DNA from: Octopus vulgaris
Taxonomy: Eukaryota
Length of the DNA stretch: 64,000 nucleotides
Direction of reading: 5' to 3'
Assembly: GCA_951406725.2 (NCBI GenBank)
Contig: OX597822.1
Span: forward strand, 64,480,001 to 64,544,000
Part shown: positions 55,150 to 64,000 of the stretch, in pieces
Layout: each line of letters starts with the position of its first letter
Position numbering within the stretch: the stretch's first letter is position 1
Notes under the pieces: model-generated
What the model was told of the DNA's origin: nothing
What the model saw: the letters and a program-made list of their open reading frames with translations, nothing else
Databases searched by the model: none
Translations under genes and position numbers: made by a program

Positions 55150-55780
55150 ATTAACTCTCAACCCATGCTATGACTTTTATTGACTTCATTGTTGATAAAT
55201 TAAGCTACTTACTAATAAAGCCCATACGGTCTTCTATTATTAATCCCATACTTTGTTATTTTAAATATATATCAATATTTATCTTTAATTTTAAAAATAA
55301 CTCCTTTTTTAATTTACTTTGGTTAATACTTCTATAGCTATACTGAAACATTATATCTCTCCTTATATTCACCATATTTTCTTCTGATACATTTTTACAT
55401 TTTTACATTCCTTACTTAATTCCCTAAGAGTAGTAATTTTCAATTTAATTCAATATGGTTAATTTATATTCCCCTTTACTTATTAATATAATCAATACTA
55501 ATTTGTAAATTTTCTTCCATACACTAGACTTAATATTAATATTTATCCTTTATTTTTACCAATTCCCACGTATTACTTTAACTAATATTATATACCCAGC
55601 TATTTTATTTATTTATTAAACTAACATATACAAATATATTTATTTTTCAAACCTTTATATATAAAAAAAAATATATATTTTTATCTATAATAATTTTTCT
55701 ATATATTTTTAAAAATTATTCCTGGATAAAGTAACTACCCATATTTACCTCCCCTTGACCACTACGGTTTTGCACACACA
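55150..55780 (-). pseudogene. Penelope-like RT N-terminal remnant, opposite strand
   Basis: Minus-strand fragments FKIKDK, GLIIEDRMGFISK and KSIKVIAWV parallel the PLE motifs (F)ITLKDHK, RLINP.KS.LG.ISK and WKNT..VI.WF. Confidence 0.5.
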
Positions 55781-56739
55781 AGCTTGTCATCGCCTAAACT
55801 AAAACTAAAAAAGAATTTTTCTTTGATAAAAGAGATTTTTTCTTTCTCTCTGATTTATACAAATAACATTAACTCTGTGCTTTTATTTTGTTTTTTTCTT
55901 CTTTTATTTATTTATTTATTTATTTATTTTATTATAAATTGCTCGTATGAGTATTTTTATCCTTTAAATTTTAAAATAACTATAAAATTTTTCCTTGCTC
56001 CCTTATTTACACACATAGGATACTAACTCCATTTTCTATTTCATTTCTTTAATTAATCAATTAATTAATCTATTTATTACATATTACATTACTGTTAATG
56101 ATATTTAGATAAATGGAACGCTACTTATTTTCAAAATATGACCAATAGACTATCTTTTACTTATTTGATTAATACAAAATAGATTTAGGATTGCCAGTTT
56201 TTTTTTACTAATGTAAGTATGTATAATAAATATATTTTTATTTACTTATTTCTTCACTATTGTATTTGTATTCGAATTTTTATTTTCATTGAACCCTGTT
56301 AGAACATAAGTAAACTTTTGAGTTTGAATAAGAGCGTAGGCTCGAAACTTAAAAGATTTTCTCACTTCCCAAGTGTTACACAAATACATCTGTTTGTTGT
56401 TTACAGACCCGTCAGACCGAGTACCAAATATATGGGGACCTTATATTTTTTGTTTTACTTGTTATTTTGTTTTATGAGAAACAAAAAATATCGGGTCTTA
56501 TATAATTTCATTCACGTATTCCATCGTGTGTCTCATAATATATCTGACACACCAACGGTGAGTTTGCTTAGACACATTTACCCATTACATTTAGAAAATC
56601 AAACATGTCTTTTGCTAGTTCGCAAATAATAAAATTCTTTATAAATTTTGGAGATATGCATGCTTCTGAGAATGAAATTAACAAACTATATGGAACTGCT
56701 AAATTGCACAGAAGCAAAAAGCAAAAACCTGATTCTCTT

Positions 56740-57315
56740 TGGGCTGTGTGGTAAGTAGCTTGCTTACCAACCACATGGTTCCGGGTTCAGTCCCACTGCG
56801 TGGCACCTTGTGTCTTCTACTATAGCCTCGGGCCGACCAAAGCCTTGTGAGTGGATTTGGTAGACGGAAACTGAAAGAAGCCCGTCGTATATATGTATAT
56901 ATGCATGTGTGTGTATGTGTTTGTGTGTCTGTGTTTGTCCCCCCACCCCAGCATCGCTTGACAAAGGATGCTGGTGTGTTTACGTCCTCGTAACTTAGCG
57001 GTTCGGCAAAAAAGACCGATAGAATAAGTACTGGGCTTCTAAGGAATAAGTCCCGGGGTCGATTTGCTCGACTAAAGGCGGTGCTCCAGCATGGCCGCAG
57101 TCAAATGACTGAAACAAGTAAAGAGTATGAGAACAGAACGCCCCTTCCTAGCAGTTACGTCCCAGTAACTTAGCGGTTCGGCAAAAGAGACCGATAGAAT
57201 AAGTACTAAGCTTACAAAGAATAAGTTCCGGGGTCGATTTGCTCGACTAAATGCGGTGCTCCAGCATGGCCGCAGTCAAATGACTGAAACAAGTAAAAGA
57301 GTAAAAGAGTAAAAA
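56740..57315 (+). mobile_element. SINE family A plus a duplicated 3' half
   Basis: Full body to ~57127, short spacer, second 3' body 57155-57315. Confidence 0.85.
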
Positions 57316-57821
57316 GACTTTAAAGGAAGAAACTCTATATATACAAAATTAAAAAAAGAACACTGATCTCAATTATAAGTCAGCAATATGTAAAAGACGA
57401 AACAACAACAGCAAAAGCAGCAGAATGAGAAGTGGGTAATGTTAAAACATTGAGTAGGTTAACAAACCTACGTATGTAAAACTGGTGCCGTTCGCTCATC
57501 AGTCGTAAAGGTCTTAAGCTATAAACGTAACTAACACGCTGGCAACCAGTAAAAATGATAAAAAAAAAGAGGGGAAAAAATAAAGAAAAGGGGAAGATGT
57601 TGTTTCTAGGCTTATCATTATTAGTAGATGCAACTGAGCTTATACGATTTTGTTCAGATTAATATTACAGTTACAACTGACTACCTCTAACCTTCCTAAC
57701 ATAGCGCTAGTTTTCCGCGTATTCTGACAGCTTATTAGAAGCGAAAAAAATCTTCAGTGATATGGCGAAGATAGTGTAGAGTGTAAGGTACATGAAAGAA
57801 TGGAAGAGGTGAAATAGAGAA

Positions 57822-57854
<33 letters not shown>

Positions 57855-58064
57855 CAGAGAGACAGACAGACAGGGAATGAAGGAGCAAGAGGAAGACGGT
57901 GATAATGAGAATGTATTACATAACGTTCATGGAGAATTGGCACGTACATACATTTAAACTTACAAATGTACACACCAACCGACAAAAGCAGTGCAGTCGT
58001 GTATTTGAATATTACCACATAAACATTTTCCTGTTTGTATTAACGTGGAAGCGTACACAAGCAC

Positions 58065-58095
<31 letters not shown>

Positions 58096-58597
58096 AACAC
58101 TTATGTTAACATGTGGATACATACACAAATACACACACATATGTTTCGACTTATGATGATGAAGAAGAACATTACCTGTTTATTCATCTACTTAGACTTC
58201 TAGACATTGACTCTCGACACAAGAATACGTACATCCACTCGCAGACGCATATTGAAAAGATGCTGGCCTTAAGGGTATCGCGAAATGTCCGGTTGGCGGC
58301 CTAACATTCTGAGCTCTTTTGCACTGCAGTGTGTCAATCTAAGAGAGGAATATGTTGAATAAAATGATAACTAACTGATCCTCTTGTATTTTCTTTTACG
58401 CCGTCAGGATCTTTTCAACACTGCTTCGTATATCTTATATATACACATATTAGTATGTTAGTGCATGTATATGTATGTATGTATGTATGTAGGTATGTCA
58501 TTATTCAGTTTATTTAAAGATTTCTTGCCAATAGAGAAAGAACCTGTTTCTAACCTAGTTCCATGGCTCCTTAAGTGGAATTTTAACATCAACAACA

Positions 58598-58636
<39 letters not shown>

Positions 58637-58698
58637 CTTGTTTCGGTAAATTGACTGCGGCCATTAAAGGGTTTCAGTTAAAGAAATCGACCCCAGGG

Positions 58699-58739
<41 letters not shown>

Positions 58740-58804
58740 ATATTTCGGAATGGTCATATTGCCAGTTTAGCCAATAAAAAATCTTGCACAACAAATATTT
58801 AAAC

Positions 58805-58855
<51 letters not shown>

Positions 58856-58858
<3 letters not shown>

Positions 58859-59058
58859 GATCCAAACATGAACAAAGAGAAAGTACAACAATGCGAGGAC
58901 GTGGAACAAGTATAGTGTTATTGGACGCTCAGGAAAGGAAAGAAAGAAGGGGGATTTCGCGTTTCGAGCGGAGCTCTTCGTCAGAAACATAGGAAAATGA
59001 AAGATCCAAGGAAGGGAAGACGGAGAAAGAAAATCGCCAACGGTACACACGCGGTCGC
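58856..59058 (-). mobile_element. family D1 element
   Basis: Homolog of 8211-8417; core CTGACGA...GAAACGCG (cleavage triplet altered); abuts (TA)n. Confidence 0.8.
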
Positions 59059-59343
59059 ATATTAAAATGACCGGAAGGGAATGGGTGAAGAAAAAGCTCT
59101 TTCAAACACAGGGGAGTGCAAGAGAAGGAGGTATGTGTGTGTATGTGCGTGCGTGCTGATCTCTGTGTGTATGTAATGATAGCGCACGTGTGTGTTTGTG
59201 CGTGCGTGTGTGTGTGGTTGTGGCTGTTTATATATATATGTATATATGTATGTATATGTATATATACAAGTGTGTACGTCTGTATGTTTGAAAGTGCTCG
59301 CATCTGTGCGTGTGCTGTTGCGGGAGTCTGCGTGTATATATAC

Positions 59344-59475
<132 letters not shown>

Positions 59476-59922
59476 GTATACTGCAAGTGCTGCCGCATAC
59501 CATGTGTTTTGACAGTTGCTCAACGGAAGTTGTTTGTACATTTAATAGACTGTCTATATTGGCTTACTATATTAGTAAACTCGTATCGTTCATTTTTCTG
59601 TTCATCGCTTCTTTCCTGTCTGCTGCGCCATTTCCATAACCCTCATTTAGCAACGGCCCTATTTTCGTCTTATCTATTTAGCATTGTGTTACTCAATTTG
59701 TCGAGGGTAACTATGACGGCCTCTCTTATCAAAGGACCTCAGCTTTCAGTTTGGTATGAAGCTATTTAACGTGTGTATTTGAGAAGCTATTCAAAATTGC
59801 TGACTGCAAAACCGGCGTTAAGTTACACCTAAAACGCATACTAAACGGGCAAAATTTTCCTTCCCTAACCGACAATATCTATATTTATATATATAGCTAT
59901 ATGTATATATGTATTGTATGTG

Positions 59923-59970
<48 letters not shown>

Positions 59971-60254
59971 GTATATGTATATATGTGTGAGGGTATATAT
60001 GTGTGTGTGTTTATACACCTATGTGCTTATCAGTGTGCGTTTGTGCATATACCTACATAGACATGTGTATATATTTACGGATGTGTATATACACATATAT
60101 ATATATATATATACATGTTCACCTATACGCACTCAAGATATATCTACATGCATATATATAGGTATGCATCAAATGCATCCTATATGTGTGTGCATATATA
60201 TATATATATATATTTGCATATATACATATATATATGTATTTTCATATATACATG

Positions 60255-60329
<75 letters not shown>

Positions 60330-61221
60330 ACACACATATACACATACGGCAAGCACATGCATTACAAACACGCATACAAACGCACTAATATGTATATGAA
60401 TATGTATATAAATATATACACATACACACACGCACACACACATATACACATATATACACATACATGCATATATGCATATATACATACATACATACATACA
60501 TACATACATACATACATACATACATACATACATACATACATACAAACATACATACATATGCATGCAGTTTATCTATATTCCTATACACATAATGCATGCG
60601 TGTTTGTGTATTTGTGGGGCAGAATAATGAAATCTGAGACCCGACTCAACTATTCTAACCCTTTAGAGCGATAGTTATCAGACTGTATGTCAAACTATTG
60701 AGAGTTTGAGTTTCTTCAATATACAACTTACCGATGCTTATCTAATTCTCTCGGGTAATTATGGCTGTCATTTGTCTAGTTATTTCCTGGTCTAGCTCTT
60801 TATTCTTTCACTCACTTATCACCAATGATTTTTAAATAAACGAAACCGCATCGTTCCCCACCGCATTGTTAGTTAAACTCCACTGTCAGATCTGTTTCCC
60901 TACGTCGCCCGAGAAAGGTCGCATCTAATAAGTAATCTGGTGTTGGGTAGGGTAATACAGAGAGTTTGTTTGAGCAATATAGATTTCTTTATTAGGCCAC
61001 GCAGGGTCGAACACAGAGGGGGCAATATAATGTAGAATTTTTCTTTTCTAAACTGATCAATAGGAATCGAAAACATTTCGGGACGTGTACAGAAAGAGAT
61101 AACAAGGTAACGTTTTAACATCAGAAATTCCCAAAACGGGGAGAAAATATTACACTGACTAGGGTTATCCATGGAAAGAAAAACCTACGAAAAAACCCGC
61201 GGTAACTCCGGAAAAAATAAA

Positions 61222-61485
61222 CATGGTGCAGGAGTGGCTGTGTGGAAAGTAGAAGAAGCTTGCTTACCAACAACATGGTTCAGGTTCATTCCCACTGCGT
61301 GGCACCTTGGGCAAGTATCTTCTGCTATAGCCTCGGGCCGACCAAAGCCTTGTGAATGGATTTGGTAGACAGAAATAAAATAAGTACTAGGCTTCCAAAG
61401 AATAAGTCCTGGGGTTGATTTGATCGACTAAAGGCAGTGCTCCAGCATGGCCGCAGTCAAATGACTGAAACGAGTAAAGAGTATA
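61222..61485 (+). mobile_element. SINE family A, internally deleted
   Basis: Head joined directly to the 3' body. Confidence 0.8.
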
Positions 61486-62271
61486 AGAACAGAACGCTCC
61501 TTCCTAGCAGTGTCATCCAAGATGGTGCACTGAACGTCATTGAAGAACGGGTTGTGGCTTAGCTACAACCCGTTCTTGTAGCTAAGAACGGGTTGTTTCG
61601 GAGCAGCCCTTGAATTACTGTTACTTCCTCACGCCTCCATAAAACATACTATGTATTGCACAGTGATTCTCTCTTATCGAAATGCGTGCGTACTGTCCCG
61701 ATGCTAAAATCACTATAATTTCAATATAGCCTATTCACGTTTATACGGAGAACCCCAAAGTATCCCAGAATAAAGGCATTTCCTTGGGTAGACCGCCTCG
61801 TAGCCTCTTCCCCTAGCCTCTCGCCCTACGGAGGATGGGACATAAACATAAAGATTATGTATTAGTGTGCTAATATCACAGTTGTTTACTTGTGATGAAT
61901 ACGCCTACATACACACACTGGTATTCCGTCGGTTGCGACGAGGCGGGTTCCGTCCAACTGATTCGATCAATGAAACAGCTTGCTCGTGAAATCAATGTGC
62001 AAATGTCTTAGCAATCTCTAAACGCGCGTACTTTTAACGTGGTACTCAGCTAAGTGGACTCAACCGTTGAAGGTGATGCCCCAGCATGGTCGCGGTCCAG
62101 TGACTGAAACAAGCCAAGGAGAACTAATTACCAATAAATTCTCAAGTAATAACCATGACGTTACCAATAGCAACATCATTAATAACATCATTTATGGCAA
62201 AATTCTTGAGCTATACAATTATTTGAATCACCACCAACGTCTTCGAGATCAGCATCAGCTTCATCATCATT

Positions 62272-62338
<67 letters not shown>

Positions 62339-62400
62339 GAAGTATTAGTAGTAGCAGCATTAGGAAGGTTGAAAGCAACACAATAACAACAGCATTTAGA

Positions 62401-62570
62401 GTGGAGTCGCAATGGCTCAGTGGTCGTAAGAACGCGGTTTCGATTCCCAGACCGGGTATTGTGAGTGTTTATTGAACAAAAATACCTAACCTCCACGATC
62501 TCCGGTGGCGGGGTGAACCCCGCTGTACTCTTTCACCACAACTTTCTCTCACTCATTCTTCCTACTTCTG
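62401..62570 (+). mobile_element. SINE family E, 5' part
   Basis: Family E match. Confidence 0.7.
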
Positions 62571-62837
62571 TCACAAAGCAGAGGAACCATGGTGTAACAC
62601 ACTATGGTGTGGTAAACTTTCAGACCCTAGTCTAGATTGCGAATCCTTTGTACCCCAGGATGGTTCAGCTCTCCACCCGTTAAAAGCCACCGTTTACGGA
62701 ATGAGGATAACAACGTAGCTTTCTCGCCCGTGCAACCGCCAGTCTATGGCGCGTGGTGGGTGGATCTTCAAGTTACCACACGCATTCTTAGTAGCTTGGA
62801 GTAGGCTCGAATTAGAGATTATTCTTTGTGGCTAATT

Positions 62838-63170
62838 GGAAGAAGAAGAAGAAGAAGAAGAAGAAGAAGAAGAAGAAGAAGAAGAAGAAGAAGAAGAAGA
62901 AGAAGAAGAAGAAGAAGAAGAAGAAGAAGAAGAAGAAGAAGAAGAAGAAGAAGAAGAAGAAGAAGAAGAAGAAGAAGAAGAAGAAGAAGAAGGAGAAGAA
63001 GAAGAAGAAGAAGAAGAAGAAGAAGAAGAAGAAGAAGAAGAAGAAGAAGAAGAAGGAGAAGAAGAAGGAAGAAGAAGAAGAAGAAGAAGGAGAAGAAGAA
63101 GGAGAAGAAGAAGAAGAAGAAGAAGAAGAAGAAGAAGAAGAAGAAGAAGAAAAAGAAGAAGAAGAAGAAA
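62838..63170. repeat. long (GAA)n tract
   Basis: Directly visible, ~330 bp. Confidence 0.95.
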
Positions 63171-63229
63171 GTGCCAGAATGACTTTCAGCAGCATCGCTG
63201 CTATTGGTGCCCTCCCCACATCTTCCCTC

Positions 63230-63607
63230 ACCGTTGCCACCGACACCACCACTACTGCAACCAGCAGCAGCAGCAGCAGCACCACCACCACCACAGCAAC
63301 CACCACCACTGCAACCACCATATCTACCACAAGCGCAACAACTGCCACAATAAATAATCCCAACTGCCAGATCTACGACGACGGACACCTTAATCATCAT
63401 CATCATCATCGTCGTCGTCGTGGACGTTGTCATCATCCTCATCATCATCATTATTATCATCACATCATCGCCGTCGTCAACATCATCATCGTCGTCGTCA
63501 TCATCATCATTATCACCATCATCATCATCATCGTCGTCATCAAATCATCGTCATCGTCTTCGTCATCATCATCATCATCATCATCATCATTATCATCATC
63601 GTCTTCG

Positions 63608-63638
<31 letters not shown>

Positions 63639-64000
63639 TATCATCATCACCACCATCATCATCACCACCACCACCACCACCACCATCATCATCATCATTA
63701 TCATCATCATTACCATCGTCATCATCATCATCATCGTCGTTGTAATGATCGTCATCGCCATCGTCATCATCATCGTCATCACTGTCGTCGTAGTGGATAC
63801 CACCACCGTCATCACCACCACCGTCATCACCATCACCAACGTCATCCTCGTCATGAAATCCTCATCATATCCACGATCGCCATCATTGTCATCGTCATTT
63901 CATTAAATTTAAGCAACAAGAAAAACAACAACAACAAGTACAGCAAAAACATCAAGAAAACAAGAAAACAACACAATAACACAACAACAACAACAACAAC
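63230..64000. repeat. compound trinucleotide low-complexity region (CAC/CAG/CAT/CGT/CAA)
   Basis: Directly visible. Confidence 0.9.

Noticed and set aside
55000-56300. Mitochondrial insertion (NUMT), suggested by extreme AT content
   Set aside because: No mitochondrial gene motifs recognised; translations fit Penelope remnants better.
62580-62810. GC-richer segment as an HDV-like ribozyme or RTE 5' UTR
   Set aside because: Could not assemble the nested double pseudoknot by eye.
62812-63906. Long poly-K/E/S/H ORFs (up to 305 aa)
   Set aside because: Open in several frames on both strands because the trinucleotide repeats lack stops; no coding evidence.

Overview
AT-rich eukaryotic DNA, very dense in microsatellites. 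The SINE families and repeat style suggest an octopod cephalopod (inference). I cannot support any intact host protein-coding gene: nearly all listed ORFs are translations of (TA)n, (CA)n, (GA)n, (TATC)n, (CTT)n or (CAT)n tracts. The window reads as intronic or intergenic sequence packed with mobile-element relics. These include about five tRNA-headed SINE families, non-autonomous Helitrons, Tc1/mariner MITEs, a full-length decayed Tc1, a decayed Tigger/pogo, an L1/Tx1-type ORF1 relic, an R4/Dong 3' fragment with two (TAA)n-flanked ~550-bp elements, and Penelope-like (PLE) fragments. The most notable signal is about 10 copies, in several subfamilies, of short (~200 bp) non-coding elements that mostly sit in (TA)n tracts. 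They carry a minimal type-I hammerhead-ribozyme motif with covarying stems and a palindromic stem III that could form only in a dimer; one subfamily has a CUGUNGA core variant. Other oddities: head-to-tail SINE multimers with a recurring junction, a structured 67-bp minisatellite, a near-perfect 69-nt hairpin, several template-switch scars and a candidate ETS/YY1 promoter with a splice donor. Coordinates of degenerate repeats are approximate.
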